Below are positions 1 to 8,951 of a stretch of DNA of 64,000 bases, one piece after another. Source of the DNA: an uncultured Arcobacteraceae bacterium (GTDB lineage Bacteria; Campylobacterota; Campylobacteria; Campylobacterales; Arcobacteraceae). Position numbers and translations under genes: made by a program. Numbering within the stretch: the first letter of the stretch is position 1; each line of letters begins with the position of its first letter. Under the pieces are notes generated by a model, which was not told where the DNA came from, did no database searches, and worked only from the letters and a program-made list of their open reading frames with translations. The stretch lies in NCBI GenBank assembly GCA_964022095.1, contig CAXHZO010000007.1:1-64000 (forward strand), given 5' to 3'.

Positions 1-11
1 GAAGAATAAAA

Positions 12-1754
12 ATGGCAAAAAAACACTTAGTAATTGATCCGATTACAAGAATTGAAGGACATCTTAGAATTGAAGCAATCATAGATGAAAACAATGTTGT
101 AACAGATGCATACTCTTCTTCTACTATGTTTAGAGGTATTGAAACGATACTTCAAGGTAGAGATCCAAGAGACTGTGGTTTATTAGCAATGAGAATTTGT
201 GGTGTTTGTACTGGTACTCACTACCAAAGATCTATTGAAGCAGTTGAGCATGCATTTAATGTAACTATTCCTAAAAATGCAAGATTAGTTAGAAACTTAA
301 TTCAAGGTGCATTATACTTACATGACCACGTTGTACATTTCTATCACTTACACGCACTTGACTGGGTAGATATCACAGAAGCTTTAAAAGCTGATCCAAA
401 AGCTGCAGTTGCTGAAGCTCAAAAATGGGCAGGTGTTTCAGGTGAGCGACCATGGAATGCAAATGAAGATGTTTATGCACAAGTTCAAGAAAGAGTTACA
501 AGATATGTAAAACAAGGAAGACTTGGTATTTTTGGAAATGCTTATTGGGGAAGTAAAGGGTTTAAGTTAACTCCTGAACAAAACTTAATTGCATTATCTC
601 ACTACTTAGATGCACTTGAAATTCAAAGAGATATGGCTAAAATGATGGCTATCTTTGGTGGGAAAAATCCACATCCACAATCATTTGTTGTTGGTGGAGT
701 AACTTGTGTTCAAGATATAAAAAACCCAGCAAGAATTGCAGAATTTAAACAGTTATTAAAGAAAAGTAGAAAGTTCATTAAAGAAGCTTACTTACCAGAT
801 GTTTACATGGCTGGAACTATGTATGCTGATGAAGCATTAGAAGGAATTGGTGGTGGTTTAGGTAACTACATGACTTATGGTGACTTTAGATTAGATGATT
901 TACCATTTTATGAAGCTTCAACTTTATTCCCATCAGGTATTGTAAAGAATAAAGATTTATCAAAAGTATTTGAAATTGATCAAACTAAAATTACTGAAGA
1001 TGTTACACATGCTTGGTATGAAGGTACTTCTAACTTACATCCATATGATGGTGAGACTAAACCAAACTATACAGGTTTTGGTAAAAAAGAAGACAATATT
1101 GCATATTTAGATACTGAAAATAAATATTCTTGGATTAAATCACCATTATATGATGATGAAAGAATGGAAGTTGGACCACTTGCAAGAATGATTGTTGGTG
1201 TTGCAAAAGGTGATGAGAGAATTTCTAAATATGTTACAACATTCTTAAAAAATGGTAACTTACCTACAAAAGTATTATTTTCAACTGTTGGTAGAACAGC
1301 AGCACGTGCAATTGAATCAGACTTAATGGCTGATGTAATGATGGAGTGGGTTGATGAATTAGCTTCAAATGTTGCACATGGAGATTTATCTACATGGACA
1401 GAATTTGATTTTGATACGGTTGCTGCTGATGCACAAGGTTTTGGTATGGCTGAAGCTCCAAGAGGTGGTTTAGGACATTGGATTAAAATTAAAGATGGTA
1501 AAGTTGAAAACTATCAAGCCGTAGTACCTTCAACATGGAATGCAGCACCAAGAGATTATAAAGGTAGATTAGGAGCTTATGAATCATCATTAGTAGGTAC
1601 AAAAGTAGCAAATCCAGATCAACCACTAGAAATCTTAAGAACAGTTCATAGTTTTGACCCTTGTATTGCCTGTGCAGTTCATATTATAGATACAAATGGT
1701 AAAGAATTAGGTGTATATAAAGTAGACCCAATTGGAGGAACAAGCCGTGCCTAA
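12..1754 (+). CDS. hydB: [NiFe] uptake hydrogenase large subunit (group 1b-like), copy 1
   Basis: N-terminal IDPITRIEGHLRIE, L1 motif RICGVC, L2 motif DPCIACAVH followed by a cleavable C-terminal tail; followed by cytochrome b and protease genes. Confidence 0.97.
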   Translation: MAKKHLVIDPITRIEGHLRIEAIIDENNVVTDAYSSSTMFRGIETILQGRDPRDCGLLAMRICGVCTGTHYQRSIEAVEHAFNVTIPKNARLVRNLIQGALYLHDHVVHFYHLHALDWVDITEALKADPKAAVAEAQKWAGVSGERPWNANEDVYAQVQERVTRYVKQGRLGIFGNAYWGSKGFKLTPEQNLIALSHYLDALEIQRDMAKMMAIFGGKNPHPQSFVVGGVTCVQDIKNPARIAEFKQLLKKSRKFIKEAYLPDVYMAGTMYADEALEGIGGGLGNYMTYGDFRLDDLPFYEASTLFPSGIVKNKDLSKVFEIDQTKITEDVTHAWYEGTSNLHPYDGETKPNYTGFGKKEDNIAYLDTENKYSWIKSPLYDDERMEVGPLARMIVGVAKGDERISKYVTTFLKNGNLPTKVLFSTVGRTAARAIESDLMADVMMEWVDELASNVAHGDLSTWTEFDFDTVAADAQGFGMAEAPRGGLGHWIKIKDGKVENYQAVVPSTWNAAPRDYKGRLGAYESSLVGTKVANPDQPLEILRTVHSFDPCIACAVHIIDTNGKELGVYKVDPIGGTSRA

Positions 1755-2463
1755 AATGAAAAAGGTGGAGAGAATGACTCCAATCATGCGAACGATTCAC
1801 TGGCTGAATGCGATTTGTATGATTGTTGCAGTTATCACCGGGTTATATATTGGTTATCCATACTATCAATCATTTATTGCAGATCCTGCAGTTGATAAGT
1901 ATGTTATGGCTTGGAATAGATGGGGACACTTTATTGCTGCAATTATTTTTGATGTTACAGCAATTTTAATTGGTTACTTATATCTATTTTCTAGATTTGA
2001 AAAACCATATAAGAAAATTTTACCTACAAAGAAAAACTTTGTTGAGTTTTGTGAAGTTTTCTTAAATTTAATTACATTTAACAGAAGAAAGAAATTTGAT
2101 TCTAGTCATAGTGATTCTTATAATATTATGTTCTTTACTCTTTTTCATATTCTATTAGTATTTATGTTATTAACTGGATTACAGCTATATGTTCATGGAC
2201 TTGCATCTGGTGAGAGTTCAATTGGTACTTGGTGGCCATGGATGCTACACTTAGTTACTGACTGGACTTTAGATGTATTTGGTGGAAATATGGGAGTTAG
2301 AATCGCTCATCATACTACAATGTATATCATTTTAGTTTGGGTAATGTCTCATATTTATTATCAAATCTGGAGAACTATTTTCTGGAGAGAGGGTGATATT
2401 AACATCGTATTTGGTGGATATAAATTTGCTAAAGATGAAGATAAAGAAGAGAGTAAAAAATAG
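1747..2463 (+). CDS. hydC: Ni/Fe-hydrogenase b-type cytochrome subunit, copy 1
   Basis: Four hydrophobic helices with heme-ligand His (RTIHW, RWGHF, RIAHH, SHIY). Start moved to GTG 1747 because GGAGGA (1734-1739) lies 7 nt upstream. Confidence 0.93.
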   Translation: MPKMKKVERMTPIMRTIHWLNAICMIVAVITGLYIGYPYYQSFIADPAVDKYVMAWNRWGHFIAAIIFDVTAILIGYLYLFSRFEKPYKKILPTKKNFVEFCEVFLNLITFNRRKKFDSSHSDSYNIMFFTLFHILLVFMLLTGLQLYVHGLASGESSIGTWWPWMLHLVTDWTLDVFGGNMGVRIAHHTTMYIILVWVMSHIYYQIWRTIFWREGDINIVFGGYKFAKDEDKEESKK

Positions 2464-2469
2464 TCTTAA

Positions 2470-2500
2470 TTGATTGAAGTATTTTGCTTCAATCAAGTTT
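2470..2500 (+). terminator. Intra-operon stem-loop between hydC and hydD (partial terminator or mRNA stabiliser)
   Basis: TTGATTGAAGT-ATTTT-GCTTCAATCAA 11-bp stem followed by GTTTT. Confidence 0.6.
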
Positions 2501-2527
2501 TAATCAATAATTGAAATAGGAAAAAAA

Positions 2528-3118
2528 ATGAGTAAAAGAAATATTGTAGTTGGTGTAGGAAATATGCTTTTCAAAGATGAAGGTATTGGAATTTATGCTA
2601 GTGAATATATTAGACAAAATTATGAATTTGAAGGTGATATTGAAGTTATTGACGGTGGGACATTAGGATTTAAACTAATGACATACTTTCAAGAGTATGA
2701 CAATGTTATTATTTTAGATACTGTGTCTATTGAAGATGAGATAGGTGGAATCTACAGATTACCATCTGATGTATTATTAGGACTTGGTAATTATAGAAAA
2801 ACTGCCCATGAAGTTGAAATCGTAGAAATGCTTGAAATTGTATCAGTTCTTGATTCACATGCAAATGTAACAATTATCGGAATTATTCCAGAAGATATTA
2901 TAAGTGTTGGTATTGGATTAACTGATATTATGGAAGAAAAATTCGAAGAGTTTACACTTCATGGAATAAAAGAAATTGAAAGTCTTGGAATAAAAGCAAA
3001 AAAAGTAAATAACATAGCTGTTGATGATATAGTAAAAAGTATGATTGGTAGTTATAACGGTAGTCACTTAACAAGAATCCCAAATGAAGAAGATTTTACA
3101 CATGAAACTAATATATAA
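2528..3118 (+). CDS. hydD: Hydrogenase maturation endopeptidase (HyaD/HybD family), copy 1
   Basis: GVGNMLFKDEGIG, IDGGT, TAHEVE motifs; operon position. Confidence 0.95.
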   Translation: MSKRNIVVGVGNMLFKDEGIGIYASEYIRQNYEFEGDIEVIDGGTLGFKLMTYFQEYDNVIILDTVSIEDEIGGIYRLPSDVLLGLGNYRKTAHEVEIVEMLEIVSVLDSHANVTIIGIIPEDIISVGIGLTDIMEEKFEEFTLHGIKEIESLGIKAKKVNNIAVDDIVKSMIGSYNGSHLTRIPNEEDFTHETNI

Positions 3119-4634
3119 AATAGAGTTTAATTCAACAAATTTTTATTATAAACATATAATAGAGAACCTAATAGATCTTGCAAAAGTTAACGCAACTTGT
3201 AAGCAATATGAAGGTTTTATTTTAATTACACTTGAAGAAGAACCAGAAAGAATAGAGTCATTTTTTAAGTTTTTAGAAACAAAATTACCAATATCAATTT
3301 TTGTTGGTAAGTCTTATGTTATAGAAGAGTTTGATGATAGTATTGAGCAGTTAGAAGAACAAGATATTAAACAAAACTTATCTCTTCTTACAAATGATGC
3401 AATAAAAGAGATTATTGATAATAATAGTATAGATTTTTTAAATGATATTTTAAAAATCTCAAAGGGTGAAATTTCAAGATTTGAAACTCATAATGGCTTA
3501 AAAGATCTTTTCTTAGCAAATAAAGAACTTAGAGAAGAGTTTGAGTCTAAAGGTTATGAAGTAAAACTTTTAATAACAGATATTACTAAAATAAATGAAA
3601 TATTTGACATTAATATGAAAGAGATGCAACTTTTATGTTCAATTGAAAGACCATTAGTTAAATTAAAATTTAAAATGCTAAAAAATGCAAATAAAGAGTT
3701 TTCATCAACAAACTTTATTTATGCAAAGATACCTGATGATAAAGAGACTGTACTTTTTGCACAAGCTTTAAAACAAAAAGATATTGATTGTGTTTTATAT
3801 GTAAATGATGAAGTTTATCAAGATGGATTAAAGTTAACATACTTTAACAATGACAATATGATTATTAGAGGTGAAAAAGGTTTATTCCCTAAGTTTGATT
3901 ATGTTGCAAAACAAAAGTTCAATACTTCAAAAGAGTATTTTGATACAAATGGTGGAGTATATAAAGCTATTTTAGCTCAGCATGCAAAAAGATTAGTTCC
4001 TTCAATTGGAGTATATTTTTCACAAAAAAGTGATAATAGTTCTATCTCAATTAATATACCTACAAAGGGTTTAAAAGAGGTTATTTCTATACCAAATATT
4101 ATCAATGATTTAGATAACTGTATTGAAGAAATATATGAAATAGATGAGCATTGTGAAAGATTAATTTCAAATTATAAAAATAAATTCCCAGATTTACTAA
4201 AAGGAAGTGTTCCACAAGATACTAATGGATTTGAATCTATTATTAATATGTGTGCAAAAGTTTTAGGAATAAATGGAGCAAAAGAGTTTGAAGATTTAGC
4301 TTTAAGTGCAAATATTAAAAGTGGACTTCAAATTGATACAAAAATTATAGATATCGATGGAGTTAACTATTTAGATTATAGAAGAACTGTTCAGTCTTTG
4401 ATGTCATATAAAATGGCAGACGTTGATAATATGACTTTAGCATACTCTTTTTATGAAAGTTTTAGTGACTTTATTAACAACTATTGTGATGAAATAGCAA
4501 AAGATACAAAAGCAAAAGATATTGTTTTATGTGGTGATATGTTTGCAAATTCAATTTTACTATCAAAAACACATAAAAATTTAAGTAAAAATTATAATAT
4601 TATACTTCCTAAAAGATATCCACTAGATTATTAA
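3102..4634 (+). CDS. hydE: HydE-like hydrogenase accessory protein (degenerate HypF paralog)
   Basis: Follows hydD as in Helicobacter/Wolinella hydABCDE; C-terminal DIVLCGDMFANSILL resembles HypF PVVLSGGVFQNKTLL; no Zn fingers. ATG 3102 preferred over 3084. Confidence 0.7.
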   Translation: MKLIYKIEFNSTNFYYKHIIENLIDLAKVNATCKQYEGFILITLEEEPERIESFFKFLETKLPISIFVGKSYVIEEFDDSIEQLEEQDIKQNLSLLTNDAIKEIIDNNSIDFLNDILKISKGEISRFETHNGLKDLFLANKELREEFESKGYEVKLLITDITKINEIFDINMKEMQLLCSIERPLVKLKFKMLKNANKEFSSTNFIYAKIPDDKETVLFAQALKQKDIDCVLYVNDEVYQDGLKLTYFNNDNMIIRGEKGLFPKFDYVAKQKFNTSKEYFDTNGGVYKAILAQHAKRLVPSIGVYFSQKSDNSSISINIPTKGLKEVISIPNIINDLDNCIEEIYEIDEHCERLISNYKNKFPDLLKGSVPQDTNGFESIINMCAKVLGINGAKEFEDLALSANIKSGLQIDTKIIDIDGVNYLDYRRTVQSLMSYKMADVDNMTLAYSFYESFSDFINNYCDEIAKDTKAKDIVLCGDMFANSILLSKTHKNLSKNYNIILPKRYPLDY

Positions 4635-4650
4635 TCTTAAAATATACTCA

Positions 4651-4679
4651 AAGAAAATCAATATTTAATTGGTTTTCTT
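4651..4679 (+). terminator. Stem-loop after first hydrogenase operon
   Basis: AAGAAAATCAAT-ATTTA-ATTGGTTTTCTT inverted repeat just downstream of the hydE stop. Confidence 0.55.
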
Positions 4680-4691
4680 GACTTTTGTCAA
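4678..4691 (+). promoter_or_regulatory. Crp/Fnr-family-like box upstream of second hydrogenase operon
   Basis: Perfect-arm palindrome TTGAC-TTTT-GTCAA (FNR consensus TTGAT-N4-ATCAA); centred at -41.5 if TAGAAT 4714-4719 is the -10. Confidence 0.65.
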
Positions 4692-4729
4692 TAAAGCTTT
4701 ACCTTTTTTATAATAGAATACCTTATAGT

Positions 4730-4749
4730 AAATGAATAATCATTCATAA
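4730..4749 (+). promoter_or_regulatory. Palindromic operator ATGAAT-N4-ATTCAT in hydA2 leader
   Basis: Perfect 6-bp arms; similar site at 36255-36274 before hypB. Confidence 0.55.
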
Positions 4750-4766
4750 TTTGTAAAGGACTCATC

Positions 4767-5924
4767 ATGGAGAGTAAGTTATACGATAAATTAAAATCTA
4801 GATTAGATGAACTAGAGAAACTTCCAAGATTAAAAAAAGAAAATAGTTTAGAAGATCATTTAGATCAAAAGGGTATTGATAGAAGAGGTTTTATAAAGTG
4901 GGCTGGCTCAATTACTGCAATGTTAGCACTACCAGGTTCATTCACACCTTTAGTAGCACAAGCGGCACAATTAGCTGATAGACTACCAATAATATGGCTT
5001 CATATGGCTGAGTGTACTGGATGTTCTGAATCACTACTTAGAACTGATGGCCCAACTATTGATTCATTGATTTTCGATTATATTTCATTAGAGTATCACG
5101 AAACATTAATGGCAAGTGCTGGATGGCAAGCTGAACATAATTTAGAGCATGCAATTGAGACTTATAAAAACCAATATATACTAATGGTTGAAGGTGGAAT
5201 TCCCTCAGGTGATAGTTCTTATTTTCTTAAAATTGGTGGACATGGTGCAACAGGTGAAGAAAATGCAATAAAAGCTAGTGAAAATGCAGCAGCAATATTT
5301 GCTATTGGCTCATGCTCTTCTTTTGGTGGTGTTCAAGCTGCTAATCCAAATCCAACAAACTCTGTTAGTCTTTCTAAAGTTACAAGTAAACCGGTTATTA
5401 ATGTTCCAGGATGTCCTCCAAGTGAGAAAAATATTGTAGGTTCATTAATCTATTATATTTTATATGGAAATTTACCAGCACTTGATAAATACAATAGACC
5501 AAAATGGGCTTATGGACTTAGAATTCATGACTTATGTGAAAGAAGAGGACATTTTGATGCAGGTGAATTCGTAGAAGAGTTTGGTGATGAAGGTGCCAAA
5601 AAAGGATATTGTCTTTACAAAGTAGGATGTAAAGGGCCTTATACTTTTAATAACTGTTCAAAAAATAAATTTAACTCTCATATGTCTTGGCCAATTCAAG
5701 CAGGACATGGTTGTATTGGATGTAGCGAACCAGATTTTTGGGATGTTATGGGACCATTTGAAGAACCAACAGCAAATAGGTTATTTGATACACCATTTGA
5801 TGGTTTAGGTGCTGATGCAACTGTTGATAAGGTTGGAGTAGGGTTATTAACTTTAACTGGTATTGGAATTGGTGTTCATGCTGCAGTTTCTAAGTTTAAA
5901 AATCCTAAAGAAGGAGAAGAGTAA
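4767..5924 (+). CDS. hydA: [NiFe] hydrogenase small subunit with Tat signal, copy 2
   Basis: RRGFIK twin-arginine signal, ECTGCSES proximal cluster motif, GCPP, IHDLCERR, GCKGP, GCIGC, C-terminal TM anchor. Confidence 0.97.
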   Translation: MESKLYDKLKSRLDELEKLPRLKKENSLEDHLDQKGIDRRGFIKWAGSITAMLALPGSFTPLVAQAAQLADRLPIIWLHMAECTGCSESLLRTDGPTIDSLIFDYISLEYHETLMASAGWQAEHNLEHAIETYKNQYILMVEGGIPSGDSSYFLKIGGHGATGEENAIKASENAAAIFAIGSCSSFGGVQAANPNPTNSVSLSKVTSKPVINVPGCPPSEKNIVGSLIYYILYGNLPALDKYNRPKWAYGLRIHDLCERRGHFDAGEFVEEFGDEGAKKGYCLYKVGCKGPYTFNNCSKNKFNSHMSWPIQAGHGCIGCSEPDFWDVMGPFEEPTANRLFDTPFDGLGADATVDKVGVGLLTLTGIGIGVHAAVSKFKNPKEGEE

Positions 5925-7657
5925 TGTCTAGTAATAAAAGAGTAATCGTAGATCCTATCACAAGAATTGAAGGACACTTAAGAATTGAAGTTGAAGTTGA
6001 TGATAACAATGTAGTTCAAAAAGCATATTCAAGTGCAACTTTATGGAGAGGATTAGAAACTATTGTAAAAAACAGAGATCCAAGGGATGCAGGTTTTTTA
6101 ATGGGAAGAATTTGTGGGGTATGTACTTATTCACACTACAGAGCTGGAATTGAAGCAGTTGAAGATGCTTTGGGAATTGAGCCACCTTTAAATGCAAAAC
6201 TAACTAGAACTTTAATGAACCAAGCTTTATTTATGCATGACCATATTGTTCATTTCTATCATTTACATGGTTTAGATTGGGTTGATATTACAAGTGCACT
6301 GCAAGCTGATGAAGCAAAAGCTTCAAAGTTAGCATTTAAATACTCTGAATATCCAATAGCAACTGGTGAAAATGATTTAAAATTGACTAAAAAAAGAGTA
6401 AAAGAATTCGTTGATAGAGGTCAACTTGGACCATTTGCAAATGCATATTGGGGGCATAAAACTTATAGATTTACTCCTGAGCAAAACTTAATTGCTTTAT
6501 CTCATTATTTAAAAGCATTAGAAATCCAAAGAGAGATGGCAAAAATGATGGCTATTTTTGGAGGGAAACAACCACATCCACAAAGCTTAACTGTTGGTGG
6601 AGTTACTTGTATTATGGATTTATTAGATCCAACAAGATTGGGTGAATATATGACACTATTTGAAAAAGGTGCTAATTTTATTGAAAATGCATATCAAGCT
6701 GATGTTCTTATGGCTGGAGAAATGTATGCACAAGAACCTACAGTTACAGCACAAGCTGGTGTTATGAACTTTATGGCACATAATCTTATGCAATTAGGTA
6801 GAAATGATTACTTATTTGATAATGGAATTATTAAAAATGGTGATTTGTCAAAAGTATTTGAAATAGATGAAGCTTTAATCACAGAAGAAGCAACACATGC
6901 TTGGTATGAAGATGATGAGCCTTTACATCCATATGATGGCAAAACAAACCCTAAATATACAGGACTAGTTGATATGGATACAGTTGGAATAAATAATGAA
7001 ATGGTTCACTCAAAAGCTATTGATCCAGCTGGTAAATATACTTGGATCAAATCACCTAGATATGATGGTGAAGCTATGGAAGTAGGTCCATTATCTTGTA
7101 TTTTAGTTTCATATGCAAAAGGAAATAAAAGAATAGTTCCAATAGTTGATGAGTTTTTAGCAAAAACTGGTTTACCAAAAGCTGCACTATTTACAGCCCT
7201 TGGTAGAACTGCTGCTAGAATGCTTCAAGTTAAAGCTATAGCACAATATGGAATGGAAACATTTAATAACTTAATTGAAAACTTAAAAGTAGATGACAGT
7301 ACTTATACTACTTATAAAATTGATAAAGAAAAAGAGTATAAAGGAAGATTTATTGGTGATGTTCCAAGGGGTATGTTATCTCACTGGGTTAGAATTAAAA
7401 ATGGAGTGGTTGAAAATTATCAAGCTGTTGTTCCATCAACTTGGAATGCAGGTCCAATGGATGCTAGTGGAAATGTAGGTCCTTATGAAGCAAACTTAGT
7501 TGGATTAAAAATTGAAGATTTATCTCAACCTTTAGAAATTATTAGAATTATTCATAGTTTTGATCCTTGTATTGCTTGTGCTGTTCATGTAATGGATAAA
7601 AAAGGTAATGACTTAGGTGTTTTTAAAGTAGATCCTAATTATGGAACTACTTGTTAA
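5924..7657 (+). CDS. hydB: [NiFe] uptake hydrogenase large subunit (group 1b-like), copy 2
   Basis: VDPITRIEGHLR, RICGVC, DPCIACAVH. Confidence 0.97.
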   Translation: MSSNKRVIVDPITRIEGHLRIEVEVDDNNVVQKAYSSATLWRGLETIVKNRDPRDAGFLMGRICGVCTYSHYRAGIEAVEDALGIEPPLNAKLTRTLMNQALFMHDHIVHFYHLHGLDWVDITSALQADEAKASKLAFKYSEYPIATGENDLKLTKKRVKEFVDRGQLGPFANAYWGHKTYRFTPEQNLIALSHYLKALEIQREMAKMMAIFGGKQPHPQSLTVGGVTCIMDLLDPTRLGEYMTLFEKGANFIENAYQADVLMAGEMYAQEPTVTAQAGVMNFMAHNLMQLGRNDYLFDNGIIKNGDLSKVFEIDEALITEEATHAWYEDDEPLHPYDGKTNPKYTGLVDMDTVGINNEMVHSKAIDPAGKYTWIKSPRYDGEAMEVGPLSCILVSYAKGNKRIVPIVDEFLAKTGLPKAALFTALGRTAARMLQVKAIAQYGMETFNNLIENLKVDDSTYTTYKIDKEKEYKGRFIGDVPRGMLSHWVRIKNGVVENYQAVVPSTWNAGPMDASGNVGPYEANLVGLKIEDLSQPLEIIRIIHSFDPCIACAVHVMDKKGNDLGVFKVDPNYGTTC

Positions 7658-7667
7658 GGAGTTTGTT

Positions 7668-8330
7668 ATGATTAAAAAACATTATGAGTTTTCTTCACTT
7701 TTAAGACTTACTCATGGAGTAAGAGTGATTGCAATAATTGCATTGACTTTCACAGGATTTTATATAGCAACACCATTTATAGTTCCATTTGTAAACTCTG
7801 AGCCAACAAATTTCTTTTATGCATTAATGAGATCTTGGCATGGAATTTTTGGGTTTTTATTAATCGGACTTACTATTTTTAAGTTCTATTTGTTTTTCTT
7901 TGATAAACAAAGTAAAATAGAATTAAGGTCATTTTGGGATTTCTTAAGTCCAAAGATATGGTTTAAACAAATAAAATACTATTTATTAATAGGAAAACAT
8001 CCCCATATGAAAGGAGCTTATAATCCCTTACAGTTTATGGCATATGCAGGTATTTATTTATCTTTAGTATTTATTTGTTTAACAGGACTTATTTTATACA
8101 TGCATACTTTTCATGATGGTTTTGGTGGCTTTATATACGATATTTTAAGACCAATTGAGGTTTTAATTGGCGGTTTAGCCTGGGTTAGACAACTACATCA
8201 TATTTGTATGTGGGTATTTATTATATTTTTACCTATACATATTTATTTATCAATATTTAATTCTGTTTATGGAAAACAAGGGGCAATTGATTCAATTGTA
8301 TCTGGATATAAATGGGAAGAGAAAAAGTAA
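7668..8330 (+). CDS. hydC: Ni/Fe-hydrogenase b-type cytochrome subunit, copy 2
   Basis: RLTHG, RSWHG, YNPLQ, RQLHH, PIHIY; start ATG 7668 with AAGGAG RBS at 7656-7661. Confidence 0.93.
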   Translation: MIKKHYEFSSLLRLTHGVRVIAIIALTFTGFYIATPFIVPFVNSEPTNFFYALMRSWHGIFGFLLIGLTIFKFYLFFFDKQSKIELRSFWDFLSPKIWFKQIKYYLLIGKHPHMKGAYNPLQFMAYAGIYLSLVFICLTGLILYMHTFHDGFGGFIYDILRPIEVLIGGLAWVRQLHHICMWVFIIFLPIHIYLSIFNSVYGKQGAIDSIVSGYKWEEKK

Positions 8331-8899
8331 TGAATATTCTAATTTTAGGAATAGGAAATGTCCTATTCCAAGATGAAGGTATTGGAGTTCATTTTATTCA
8401 TTATTTAGATGAAAAATATGAGTTTAAATCTAATAATTCAACTGTAAATATAATAGATGGTGGAACACTTGCACAAAGATTAATTCCCCAAATTGTTCAA
8501 TATAATGAAGTGATAGTTGTAGATTGTATTGCTGCTGATAATTCAAAACCTGGTGATGTATTTTTCTTTGATTATAAAAAAGCACCAAGTTATATTGACT
8601 GGCAAGGAAGTGCTCATGAAGTAGAGATGCTTCAAACACTAAATATGATTGATATGCAGTATGATTTACCAAATACAAACGTTTTAGGAGTTATTCCAAA
8701 AAGATTATACACAGAAGATACAACTTTTGATTTAAGCAATGAAATTATTGATGCTGTAAAAGTTATGGAAAATGTTGTGCTAAAACATCTAGAAAGTTTA
8801 AAAATAGAAGTAATTACTAAAAATTCTGATACTACAATTCAAGAAATTTCACTAGTTTCGTTTAAAAGAGATATTGTTAATTACTTTGATATTAACTAA
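8330..8899 (+). CDS. hydD: Hydrogenase maturation endopeptidase, copy 2
   Basis: MNILILGIGNVLFQDEGIG, IDGGT, SAHEVEM; ATG overlaps the hydC stop (TAATG). Confidence 0.94.
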   Translation: MNILILGIGNVLFQDEGIGVHFIHYLDEKYEFKSNNSTVNIIDGGTLAQRLIPQIVQYNEVIVVDCIAADNSKPGDVFFFDYKKAPSYIDWQGSAHEVEMLQTLNMIDMQYDLPNTNVLGVIPKRLYTEDTTFDLSNEIIDAVKVMENVVLKHLESLKIEVITKNSDTTIQEISLVSFKRDIVNYFDIN

Positions 8900-8951
8900 T
8901 TAAGATAGGTTTTAATATACTATTTAATTAGTTATAACAAGGGATTTATAT

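Noticed and set aside
1640-1690. [NiFeSe] hydrogenase (selenocysteine)
   Set aside because: Both large subunits have DPCIAC with ordinary Cys codons and no in-frame TGA.
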